From: Octopus bimaculoides | Lineage: Eukaryota | Length of the DNA stretch: 64,000 bases | Direction: 5' to 3' | Assembly (NCBI RefSeq): GCF_001194135.2 | Contig: NC_068987.1 | Location: 19,284,210 to 19,348,209 of the forward strand | Shown here: positions 11,215 through 22,812 of the stretch, in pieces | Position numbering within the stretch: the stretch's first letter is position 1 | Layout of the letters: each line of letters starts with the position of its first letter | Program-made: the position numbers and the translations under genes | Notes under the pieces: model-generated | What the model saw: only the letters and a program-made list of their open reading frames with translations | What the model was told of the DNA's origin: nothing | Databases searched by the model: none

Positions 11215-12705
11215 TTTGTGATTAACCTTATGATTCATTTATTATTAACTACAAAATAAGAAATAGTTTAAAGTTGAAATTTAATTATTGTTACTCAGAA
11301 ATAAACGAACAAGAAATAGATTTTCTCCCCAGGAAAAGAAAAAAATAACAGTAGATGGATCAATTAATTGTGATTGAACCAATTCCAACTTCCATTCATT
11401 GTGAGTTCACTAATCACCTCGTATATTTTCTCATGAAGACTAAGACAATAACCAGAGCAATGCAATGAACCAAATGTACAAACACACACATACACTCTTT
11501 CTCTCTCGCTCTCGCTCTCTTTCTCTCTCGCTCTCGCTCTCTTTCTCTCTCTCCTTCTCTCTCTCTCTCCTTCTCTCTCTCTCCTTCTCTCTCCCTCCGA
11601 CACACACACACACATATACACANNNNNNNNNNNNNNNNNNNNNNNNNNNNNNNNNNNNNNNNNNNNNNNNNNNNNNNNNNNNNNNNNNNNNNNNNNNNNN
11701 NNNNNNNNNNNNNNNNNNNNNNNNNNNNNNNNNNNNNNNNNNNNNNNNNNNNNNNNNNNNNNNNNNNNNNNNNNNNNNNNNNNNNNNNNNNNNNNNNNNN
11801 NNNNNNNNNNNNNNNNNNNNNNNNNNNNNNNNNNNNNNNNNNNNNNNNNNNNNNNNNNNNNNNNNNNNNNNNNNNNNNNNNNNNNNNNNNNNNNNNNNNN
11901 NNNNNNNNNNNNNNNNNNNNNNNNNNNNNNNNNNNNNNNNNNNNNNNNNNNNNNNNNNNNNNNNNNNNNNNNNNNNNNNNNNNNNNNNNNNNNNNNNNNN
12001 NNNNNNNNNNNNNNNNNNNNNNNNNNNNNNNNNNNNNNNNNNNNNNNNNNNNNNNNNNNNNNNNNNNNNNNNNNNNNNNNNNNNNNNNNNNNNNNNNNNN
12101 NNNNNNNNNNNNNNNNNNNNNNNNNNNNNNNNNNNNNNNNNNNNNNNNNNNNNNNNNNNNNNNNNNNNNNNNNNNNNNNNNNNNNNNNNNNNNNNNNNNN
12201 NNNNNNNNNNNNNNNNNNNNNNNNNNNNNNNNNNNNNNNNNNNNNNNNNNNNNNNNNNNNNNNNNNNNNNNNNNNNNNNNNNNNNNNNNNNNNNNNNNNN
12301 NNNNNNNNNNNNNNNNNNNNNNNNNNNNNNNNNNNNNNNNNNNNNNNNNNNNNNNNNNNNNNNNNNNNNNNNNNNNNNNNNNNNNNNNNNNNNNNNNNNN
12401 NNNNNNNNNNNNNNNNNNNNNNNNNNNNNNNNNNNNNNNNNNNNNNNNNNNNNNNNNNNNNNNNNNNNNNNNNNNNNNNNNNNNNNNNNNNNNNNNNNNN
12501 NNNNNNNNNNNNNNNNNNNNNNNNNNNNNNNNNNNNNNNNNNNNNNNNNNNNNNNNNNNNNNNNNNNNNNNNNNNNNNNNNNNNNNNNNNNNNCTAACTC
12601 TAGAATCCGAACTCTAAAATTGTTACACACATACATACGCACAGCGTAATTTATTATATAAACAATATATGCGTATAAATTACGATTAAACTGGATGAAA
12701 TATGT

Positions 12706-12960
12706 CACAGGGAATAACATTTTTATGACCGCCCAGCAGTAAGTCTATTGAGCTGAATAGACGTCAGTGATTGGTTGAAATTACAGAAATACGACAACTT
12801 TAACATGGAATAACTTGCGAATTCCTTTTTTTTGTTAAGAAGACTAAGAGTAAAAGATGTTTTATATGACACATTCTACCAGTGTCCCAAGTTTCAAAGT
12901 GTTTCGTTAGTGTTTCGTTAAGAAAATACTGGCGCCCCCGTTTTAAAATAGATCCCTGTG
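12706..12960. mobile_element. Probable MITE with short cacaggga/tccctgtg ends
   Basis: 8-bp inverted termini; the right end recurs inverted at about 9667-9700 (aaaacgggggcaccag); no TSD seen. Confidence 0.45.
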
Positions 12961-13349
12961 CGCTTCACAATTTCAGTGACGTGGTGTTTGTTGTGCGCAT
13001 GCTCACGTGTTGGAGATAGAAAGCTTCACGCTAGGAAGAGAGAGTACTGCGTGAACGACAATTCCGACCCTGGTATGCTGATGAAATGTAGTGTTTCTTT
13101 TTGATTCCGCGTGTGTTGTGCTTCAAAACGTGTTTATATTCTTGAATGTGATAAAGTGTAGAATTAGATTAATTTGTGATTTAGGGGAGGATTTTTGAAA
13201 AACAAGGGGGAATTCGCAGTGGTGTTTAGTGAACAAATTAAACACACTACCCGGCAGTGGTTAAACGCAAACTGATCAAGTTTATATATAAATATTCTTT
13301 TTATATGTTTGTTTCCTTTTACACAATATTAAAACAACGGCTAAAAATC

Positions 13350-13462
13350 TTCTTATTTCCTTATTGCTCACTAGGGGCTAAACATAGAGGAGACAAACAA
13401 GGACAGACAAATACCGTTAAGCATTTCGCCTGGCGTGCTAACGATTCTGCCAGCTCGCCGCC
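13350..13462 (-). mobile_element. SINE family C, internally deleted
   Basis: Both ends match 3120-3306; the middle is missing. Confidence 0.8.
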
Positions 13463-14966
13463 TTATATATTCATATATGATATGCATTCCCAATTTCTTC
13501 TTTTTTTTTTTTTTTNNNNNNNNNNNNNNNNNNNNNNNNNNNNNNNNNNNNNNNNNNNNNNNNNNNNNNNNNNNNNNNNNNNNNNNNNNNNNNNNNNNNN
13601 NNNNNNNNNNNNNNNNNNNNNNNNNNNNNNNNNNNNNNNNNNNNNNNNNNNNNNNNNNNNNNNNNNNNNNNNNNNNNNNNNNNNNNNNNNNNNNNNNNNN
13701 NNNNNNNNNNNNNNNNNNNNNNNNNNNNNNNNNNNNNNNNNNNNNNNNNNNNNNNNNNNNNNNNNNNNNNNNNNNNNNNNNNNNNNNNNNNNNNNNNNNN
13801 NNNNNNNNNNNNNNNNNNNNNNNNNNNNNNNNNNNNNNNNNNNNNNNNNNNNNNNNNNNNNNNNNNNNNNNNNNNNNNNNNNNNNNNNNNNNNNNNNNNN
13901 NNNNNNNNNNNNNNNNNNNNNNNNNNNNNNNNNNNNNNNNNNNNNNNNNNNNNNNNNNNNNNNNNNNNNNNNNNNNNNNNNNNNNNNNNNNNNNNNNNNN
14001 NNNNNNNNNNNNNNNNNNNNNNNNNNNNNNNNNNNNNNNNNNNNNNNNNNNNNNNNNNNNNNNNNNNNNNNNNNNNNNNNNNNNNNNNNNNNNNNNNNNN
14101 NNNNNNNNNNNNNNNNNNNNNNNNNNNNNNNNNNNNNNNNNNNNNNNNNNNNNNNNNNNNNNNNNNNNNNNNNNNNNNNNNNNNNNNNNNNNNNNNNNNN
14201 NNNNNNNNNNNNNNNNNNNNNNNNNNNNNNNNNNNNNNNNNNNNNNNNNNNNNNNNNNNNNNNNNNNNNNNNNNNNNNNNNNNNNNNNNNNNNNNNNNNN
14301 NNNNNNNNNNNNNNNNNNNNNNNNNNNNNNNNNNNNNNNNNNNNNNNNNNNNNNNNNNNNNNNNNNNNNNNNNNNNNNNNNNNNNNNNNNNNNNNNNNNN
14401 NNNNNNNNNNNNNNNNNNNNNNNNNNNNNNNNNNNNNNNNNNNNNNNNNNNNNNNNNNNNNNNNNNNNNNTGTGTGTGTGTGTGTGTATGTGTGTGTGTG
14501 TGTGTGTGTATGTGTGTGTTATCTAAACTCCCAAACCTATAACTAATCAGATAATAAAGCTTGCTTTAATCTTGCTGTTAATAAAGATTATTAATGAGAT
14601 TATAAATATAACTTCAGATTAGTGAGTGGACGTGCGCACGCACGCGCAAACACACACAAACTCTTACTAACTCCACCTCTCTTTCTTTCTCTCTCTCTCT
14701 CTGTCTCCATCTATCTATTTCTCTAACACAGGCTATGCATACTCCACTTAAAAAATTGATTTTTTAAAATCCAATTTTCCCTACCTTTCGCAGACCACCC
14801 ACATCAAACACACTCATCACTTCATGAGTCAACGAGGAAGATTTTAGGTGGTGCTTCGTTCTGCTTGATATAGCAGTCAAGTCTCCCTCCTACCACACCC
14901 AATTGTTTCATGATAATATAACACTTATATTTTCACGAGACAGAGAAAAAAAATATTTATGTTCAT

Positions 14967-15556
14967 CAGGGCCGGCGCAAGGAAGTGTGGGGCACATTTA
15001 AAGAATTGCCAGTGGGGCCGAAGATTGATGTTTTATGCTTCGTGTTGTACACCAGTCCCAGCCAAAAAGCATCGAGGGCTTTGGCTCCATTATTAGCCAC
15101 AATGGTATACTAAAACTTGAAAGCTCATATGAAAGTTTTAATGTTTTATTATACATCAAGACAATTACTGATACACTGTTTGTGAATAGGCCTTCTAAAA
15201 ACAGACTTTTCTGCCTTCTTTATCAGAGAAATCTTTCATAATCGTTTCAAAGTCAATGGTTTTTGTAATGTCATTTTCTATAGATAGCATGGCCAAATTA
15301 TTTAGTCTATCTTATGAAATTGTTGACCGTAGGTGTGTTTTAATCAATTTTAGTTTTTCAAAACTTCTTTCAGCAGATGCGACAATTACGAGCATTACTG
15401 AAAATCCTCAAAGCAATAAAATCATTAGGAAATGTTTAATTCATTTTAGCATCCTCTGCTCGAGGAATGCTTGGGGCCCTCTCTTGGCACGGGGCCTTCT
15501 CTTGGCGCGGACCTAATTTAAACAAATCTGACTAATTGGAATTAAAACCGGCCCTG
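14967..15556 (-). mobile_element. Internally deleted hAT transposon keeping the C-terminal dimerisation domain
   Basis: TIR cagggccgg/ccggccctg; 8-bp TSD atgttcat/atgtttat. 15435-15195 (-) encodes FPNDFIALRIF/..VASAERSFEKLKLIKTHLRSTIS*DRLNNLAMLSIENDITKTIDFETIMKDFS. Confidence 0.88.
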
Positions 15557-15756
15557 ATGTTTATCTACTTCAGCTTGTGTAAGGGTAAGGTGTGTATGCT
15601 TGATGTAAAAAGTTAAATCTTCTTTCATTTAAGACTAGTTCAGATATGCTGGAGAGATATTTGAACCTGTTAAGGTTTTACACTGTAGTATATTGGAGAG
15701 AAAAAATTCTCGCTTAAGACAATAAGGAGTTTAAACACCATAGTCACCCCAGAGCG

Positions 15757-16140
15757 CTCTCTATTAGACCTATGGATACATTTCAGACTCATTTGTCCTC
15801 TTCAGCGGCGAATATCAAGAGAGGCAACTCTGAGCTTATTAGGAAGCAACGCTTCCTTTATCATAAATCAGTAAATTTTATTTACTGATTACGTGCATAG
15901 GCCGGCAGGCCCGAACAAATATGTGAGTAGACACACAAAGCTGTATACAAACTAAAGACATGTTAAAATATGTTTGAGAAATAGTTGAACCTGTAAAGAC
16001 TCTCTATTGGACTTGGGGATGCATTTAGAACTCATTTGTTCTCTTCAGCACCAGATACCAAAAGAGGCAACTCTGAGCTCATTAGGAAGCAAAGCTTTTC
16101 TTTATCATAAATTAGTAATTATTATTTTCTGATTACGTGT
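15757..16140 (+). repeat. Diverged direct repeat, offset 243 bp (15757-15900 vs 16000-16140)
   Basis: actcatttgt.ctcttcagc ... gaggcaactctgagct.attaggaagca ... ctgattacgtg in both copies. Confidence 0.85.
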
Positions 16141-16330
16141 GTATGTATGCACGTATCTATGTATATTATGTATGTATGTGTGAATGTATGTTTTGTTTTT
16201 CGTATTGCAGGCTGTCCAACGAAAATCATCCACGTTACCAAGCGAGCTTGGAAGGGATGCTGATCCAGTTGCCAACGGCTCGACCATGCGATAGGTTGTA
16301 CTGGGTTACATGATAATACAATCTATCGCA

Positions 16331-16361
<31 letters not shown>

Positions 16362-16486
16362 TTATATGTGTATGTGCGTGCGTATATTATATTAAAGTAC
16401 ATTATATTATATATTGTTCTGTATATATGTTTTAATATAATGTATTATACAATATATCTATTGTACATATATTGTATATACATACA

Positions 16487-16643
16487 CATTAGCGTAGCTG
16501 GGGAGGGGCGGGGTGGTCCACCCTGGGCGGTACTTTTAAAGGGGCACCACCTTTGGATCTACTGTAGGAAATTTGTTTTTATGGGGCCCAGGGGCGGCAA
16601 ACGGAAGGGCTGTTCCGGAGGCACACACTCTAGCTCCCTAGAG
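16487..16643. mobile_element. Sibling small hAT MITE, uninterrupted
   Basis: cattagcgtagctgg ... gaagggctgttccggaggcacacactctagct shares ends with 10673-11214; flanks tacataca/cacatgca (6/8). Confidence 0.7.
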
Positions 16644-17549
16644 CACATGCATATATATTTGTTTATTATATATGTTTATAATATATATAACATTTTATAT
16701 TTATTACGTACATATTATAATGTATTATATACATTTAGTTATTTATATACATGTGTNNNNNNNNNNNNNNNNNNNNNNNNNNNNNNNNNNNNNNNNNNNN
16801 NNNNNNNNNNNNNNNNNNNNNNNNNNNNNNNNNNNNNNNNNNNNNNNNNNNNNNNNNNNNNNNNNNNNNNNNNNNNNNNNNNNNNNNNNNNNNNNNNNNN
16901 NNNNNNNNNNNNNNNNNNNNNNNNNNNNNNNNNNNNNNNNNNNNNNNNNNNNNNNNNNNNNNNNNNNNNNNNNNNNNNNNNNNNNNNNNNNNNNNNNNNN
17001 NNNNNNNNNNNNNNNNNNNNNNNNNNNNNNNNNNNNNNNNNNNNNNNNNNNNNNNNNNNNNNNNNNNNNNNNNNNNNNNNNNNNNNNNNNNNNNNNNNNN
17101 NNNNNNNNNNNNNNNNNNNNNNNNNNNNNNNNNNNNNNNNNNNNNNNNNNNNNNNNNNNNNNNNNNNNNNNNNNNNNNNNNNNNNNNNNNNNNNNNNNNN
17201 NNNNNNNNNNNNNNNNNNNNNNNNNNNNNNNNNNNNNNNNNNNNNNNNNNNNNNNNNNNNNNNNNNNNNNNNNNNNNNNNNNNNNNNNNNNNNNNNNNNN
17301 NNNNNNNNNNNNNNNNNNNNNNNNNNNNNNNNNNNNNNNNNNNNNNNNNNNNNNNNNNNNNNNNNNNNNNNNNNNNNNNNNNNNNNNNNNNNNNNNNNNN
17401 NNNNNNNNNNNNNNNNNNNNNNNNNNNNNNNNNNNNNNNNNNNNNNNNNNNNNNNNNNNNNNNNNNNNNNNNNNNNNNNNNNNNNNNNNNNNNNNNNNNN
17501 NNNNNNNNNNNNNNNNNNNNNNNNNNNNNNNNNNNNNNNNNAAGAGAGT

Positions 17550-17593
<44 letters not shown>

Positions 17594-17957
17594 TACATAT
17601 ACATACATGCACATACATACATACAAACACACACACACACACACAATGAAAAGCGAAGATACTGACCATGCCGAACTTGATCTCTTGTACAAAACGGAAG
17701 TGACGTAAAGAATTTGAAGCAGCCGACATACAATATATTTAATTGCACTCATTGTTATGCATGATGACTAATATGATTTATTAAAATGACTTAATTGCCG
17801 TTTTATGATATACTTTATAAACATAAAACACTAAGGTTAATTAAACTGATTTAATTATCCTTTTGTAGTATATTCTAATTGCTAACACACTTCGATTCTT
17901 TCCATTCTTTTGTACCGGAGGTGAAGGCCAGTTCTTCATTGCGCACAAGTTCGACAA

Positions 17958-18011
<54 letters not shown>

Positions 18012-18022
18012 TTATCTACCTA

Positions 18023-18074
<52 letters not shown>

Positions 18075-18999
18075 TCTATCTATACACACACACACACACA
18101 CACACNNNNNNNNNNNNNNNNNNNNNNNNNNNNNNNNNNNNNNNNNNNNNNNNNNNNNNNNNNNNNNNNNNNNNNNNNNNNNNNNNNNNNNNNNNNNNNN
18201 NNNNNNNNNNNNNNNNNNNNNNNNNNNNNNNNNNNNNNNNNNNNNNNNNNNNNNNNNNNNNNNNNNNNNNNNNNNNNNNNNNNNNNNNNNNNNNNNNNNN
18301 NNNNNNNNNNNNNNNNNNNNNNNNNNNNNNNNNNNNNNNNNNNNNNNNNNNNNNNNNNNNNNNNNNNNNNNNNNNNNNNNNNNNNNNNNNNNNNNNNNNN
18401 NNNNNNNNNNNNNNNNNNNNNNNNNNNNNNNNNNNNNNNNNNNNNNNNNNNNNNNNNNNNNNNNNNNNNNNNNNNNNNNNNNNNNNNNNNNNNNNNNNNN
18501 NNNNNNNNNNNNNNNNNNNNNNNNNNNNNNNNNNNNNNNNNNNNNNNNNNNNNNNNNNNNNNNNNNNNNNNNNNNNNNNNNNNNNNNNNNNNNNNNNNAA
18601 AAAACAACAGACGAAGACAGGTGGTGTAGAAAACAAATAGATGTATTAGTATAACGCTCGGGAATTGAAGAAGTCTTTAACGTTTCGAGCCTACGCTCTT
18701 CCACAGAAAGGAACACAGAAAGAAACAAGGAGAGAAAAAAATGTGTGTAGTGGTCAGCGATCTATCATACTCGCACACGCACACGCATACATACATACAT
18801 ACATACATACAGACAGACAGACAGACAGACATGCACGCATACATACATATTTACAAAGATACATACATATGAAAAAAGTATGCTCTGTTGTGAAAATCAG
18901 TTACTCTCTGGATACCAATGTGATCAGAAAAATACAGTAGAAAAGGACATCTGATAAGTAGCTTGCAAAACCAGTGCCCAAGATACACTTTCAGCGTTA

Positions 19000-19216
19000 C
19001 AGTAATCCACTTGCCATATCGCGGTTCACTTATCGCGGTTTATTATTTAAACTTACGCCGATTCCTCCGTTGTGGTGTTTTGCATTTATAATAAAATATA
19101 TACAAAATATACAAATGATAAAAATAAAAATATACAATACTGTTTCTACTTCGCGGATTTTCACCTATCGTGTGGGTTTGGGGAATGTAATACCCGCGAT
19201 AGTCGAGGGATTATTG
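19000..19216. mobile_element. Tigger/pogo-like MITE
   Basis: TIR cagtaatccacttgccatatcgcgg / ccgcgatagtcgagggattattg; TA flanks. Confidence 0.8.
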
Positions 19217-19495
19217 TATAACTATTGTTATTGGAACAAGCCGCCTTCAGAAACATATGGCTAAACTTCGGTTTTTGAGAAGGGAAAGCAAGTCCTTAAT
19301 TCATAGATTACAAATGATCACGATATCTAGAAAAATAAAAAATCAGCAGGACTTTCTTAAGACTAATTAGGGGCAATTAATTAAACAAGATGCTTTCCTC
19401 CACAACTTTACTACCAAGTGGGTGGCGAGTCAAAATTAATTCTAAATTTAAAAGAGTAAAAGAAAGCATAAACATGTATGTATGTATGTATGTAT

Positions 19496-19815
19496 GTAGG
19501 CATAGCTGTGTGGTAACAAGCTTGCTTCCCAAACAAATGGTTCCGTGACACTTTGGGCAAGTGCCTTCTACTATAGCGTTGAGCCGACCAAAGCCTTGGT
19601 GGACGGAAACTGAAAGAAACCCGTTGTGTGTGTGTGTGTTTATGTCTGTGTTTGTCCTACCATCACCACTTGACAACCGGTGTTGGTGCGTTTATGTCCC
19701 CGTAGCATAGCGGTTCGGCAAATAGATCGATAGAATAACTACTAGGCTTTAAGAAAAAGTCCTGAGGTCGATTTCTGCGATTAAAAGCCTTCGAGTTGGT
19801 GCTTCAACATGGCCA
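19496..19815 (+). mobile_element. SINE family A, internally deleted
   Basis: gctgtgtggtaacaagcttgcttccc ... gcttcaacatggcc. Confidence 0.85.
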
Positions 19816-20310
19816 CACACACACACACACACACNNNNNNNNNNNNNNNNNNNNNNNNNNNNNNNNNNNNNNNNNNNNNNNNNNNNNNNNNNNNNNNNNN
19901 NNNNNNNNNNNNNNNNNNNNNNNNNNNNNNNNNNNNNNNNNNNNNNNNNNNNNNNNNNNNNNNNNNNNNNNNNNNNNNNNNNNNNNNNNNNNNNNNNNNN
20001 NNNNNNNNNNNNNNNNNNNNNNNNNNNNNNNNNNNNNNNNNNNNNNNNNNNNNNNNNNNNNNNNNNNNNNNNNNNNNNNNNNNNNNNNNNNNNNNNNNNN
20101 NNNNNNNNNNNNNNNNNNNNNNNNNNNNNNNNNNNNNNNNNNNNNNNNNNNNNNNNNNNNNNNNNNNNNNNNNNNNNNNNNNNNNNNNNNNNNNNNNNNN
20201 NNNNNNNNNNNNNNNNNNNNNNNNNNNNNNNNNNNNNNNNNNNNNNNNNNNNNNNNNNNNNNNNNNNNNNNNNNNNNNNNNNNNNNNNNNNNNNNNNNNN
20301 NNNNNNNNNN

Positions 20311-20560
20311 GAAACTGAAGGAAGCCCGTCGTATATATGTATATATATATATGTTTGTGTGTCTGTGTTTGTCCCCCAACTTCGCTTGACAACCGAGGCT
20401 GGTGTGTTTACGTCCCCGTAACTTAGCGGTTTGGCAAAAAGACCGATAGAATAAGTACTAGGCTTACAAAGAATAAGTCCTGGGGTCGATTTTCTCGACT
20501 AAATGCGGTGCCCCAGCATGGCCGCAGTCAAATAACTGAAACAAGTAAAAGAGTAAAAAG
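20311..20560 (+). mobile_element. SINE family A, 3' two-thirds (head in gap)
   Basis: gaaactgaaggaagcccgtcg ... gaaacaagtaaaagagtaaaa. Confidence 0.9.
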
Positions 20561-20916
20561 TATACACACACAAAATTCTAATTCATAATTTATTGAATCT
20601 ATCTTGCAAGAGAGTTCATATAACGTACTTTGTTTTGTGTGTGTATATAAGCGTGTACAGTGTGTATGTGTGTGGTACAGGATGTGACTCTTTTGTATCT
20701 ACGTAATGTGCGTGTGTGTGGTCCCTTCGTCCAAAGACATCCTGTGCAGAGTTCAGTAGAAGTGAAAGAAAGATTATATATCACTTGTGATGACGTGTTA
20801 GTATCTAAGCCTCCTTCCCCCATCATTCGCTGCCACCCGTCATCATATAAGAGAGAGAGAGAGAGAGAGAGTAAGGCACAATTATCGAGAGAGAAGAGAG
20901 GAGGGTAACTATATAC

Positions 20917-20953
<37 letters not shown>

Positions 20954-21069
20954 AACAGAGAGAGACAGAAGTGGGAGAGAGAGAGAGAGAAAGTGAACAG
21001 AATAGATGAGAAAAGAGAGAAAGAAAATAAGCAAAAGGGAAGCATACACATGTATATGTGTGTGTGCGG

Positions 21070-21108
<39 letters not shown>

Positions 21109-21208
21109 GTTTGTGTATGCATGTGTATATGTATATATATATATGTGTATATATGTGCCTGCATGCATGTGTGTGTATGTGTATGCATATATGTGTGTGT
21201 GTATGTAT

Positions 21209-21259
<51 letters not shown>

Positions 21260-21318
21260 TACATACATACATAGTAGCTCCTTTCTTGTATAAAAAAAAC
21301 CATCGCTGTGTGCGAGTA

Positions 21319-21350
<32 letters not shown>

Positions 21351-21696
21351 CGCATGAATTTATAAACTACAAACAAAGGGGAGAAAATCATTCAATACAA
21401 TATAAGTGGTTTATCTATTTATTCATTTATTTATTTATTTATTTCGACTATGAGGCTTCCATATGTTTAATAAATACTCTGGAATACGCAGCTCCGTTTA
21501 TTCATATACTATTTATTTATTTCTATAAGGTGCCACTGCCTCCTTTCCCCTCCATTTCCCTTACTCCCTTCCTCTATTCAATCACTATATGTGTAAGTCA
21601 CAATCGAATTTTGTTCCCAGTTTCGGACCCTTAACATCACGTCACCTGATTCTTCTCTCAGAAAGATACACTCACCATTTACCACTTCACCGTCTA

Positions 21697-21907
21697 CGAT
21701 GAGTTGTTGAAAAGTTCCGAAGTTTTGGGTAACAGAAAATGCAAGAAGGATCATTTTATTCAACATATCCCCTTCCCCTCAGATTCACACACTTATTGCA
21801 GCGGTCCTTCAGTTTTTCTAAGCCCTGTGAAAGAACTTGAAAGGTTGGGCTTCCAAACAGGCCTTTTGCGATATCCTTAAAGCCAGGAACTTTTCAGCAC
21901 CTCTTCG
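21697..21907. mobile_element. mariner-type MITE
   Basis: TIR cgatgagttgttgaaaagttcc / ggaacttttcagcacctcttcg; TA at both ends. Confidence 0.8.
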
Positions 21908-21912
21908 TATAT

Positions 21913-22168
21913 CAGTGGTTCTCAAATATCTTTTTACCTGAGGACTTCTTTGATTCCTATTTTGCTCAGATGGACCCTCAGAGCTATTCGATGTTTAAAA
22001 AAAGAATCCTATTGTATTTTTTTTAATAATTAAATATTATTAGGAAATGTATTAAAACAATTGTTGAAATATTGTATGTATTGTAGAAATATCACCAATT
22101 TATTCCTCATAAATTTTAACAACAAAATCTTCCCCATGGGCCATATGGACCCCAGTTGGGAATCATTG
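21913..22168. mobile_element. hAT-Charlie-like MITE
   Basis: cagtggttctcaa ... ttgggaatcattg; siblings at 25825-26073 and an end fragment at about 50960-51064. Confidence 0.75.
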
Positions 22169-22812
22169 ATCTATATCGTCCCCACCCCTCATATACACAC
22201 ACATATAATACACAATACACATACCTATAGAAGGTACTTTAAAAGTGATGAAGAGATTGAGGAAAACGATTGGTGTAAAAATAATTAAAACAGTTTGCTA
22301 ATTAGGTTTGATGATGTTGTTACTGTTGTTATTGTTGTTCTTATTTATCCCACCCTTACCTCCTGCAGGCAGATCAGCCGGAGACCAATACTTTAATTCT
22401 CGGTGATGTTTATAGTACAGCTGTCTACTAAGTAACTAACCCATTTCTTCTTGGTCATTCTCTTAAATCTGATGTAATCAAAATACCAGATGGCGATATG
22501 ACATTATATAATAACATACTGCAGGGCTTAGCATTTTACTTCTTTTTCCTTCCTTTTTTTTTTTTTTTTGAAACTGGAGTGCAACAGGTCTCACTCAGCA
22601 AGTTATGTCAGGTTTATCATAATATATCAATAAATTTCAAACATGAATGAAATGAAAATAAAAATATAACTTTCAAATATACTTCTCTTACTCCCGTCTA
22701 ACGCACGCACGCATGTACATTACGAAATTATAGAATATTGTTATACAGTTTTCTTATCTTCGCACAATAAACACAGACCAGACCACATTGATCTTATTTC
22801 TGTTTTTGCATA

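Noticed and set aside
20599-21634. HTHT/YIYI/CVCV/ERER-rich ORFs here and throughout
   Set aside because: Translations of (CA)n, (TA)n and (GA)n arrays, open in several frames on both strands.
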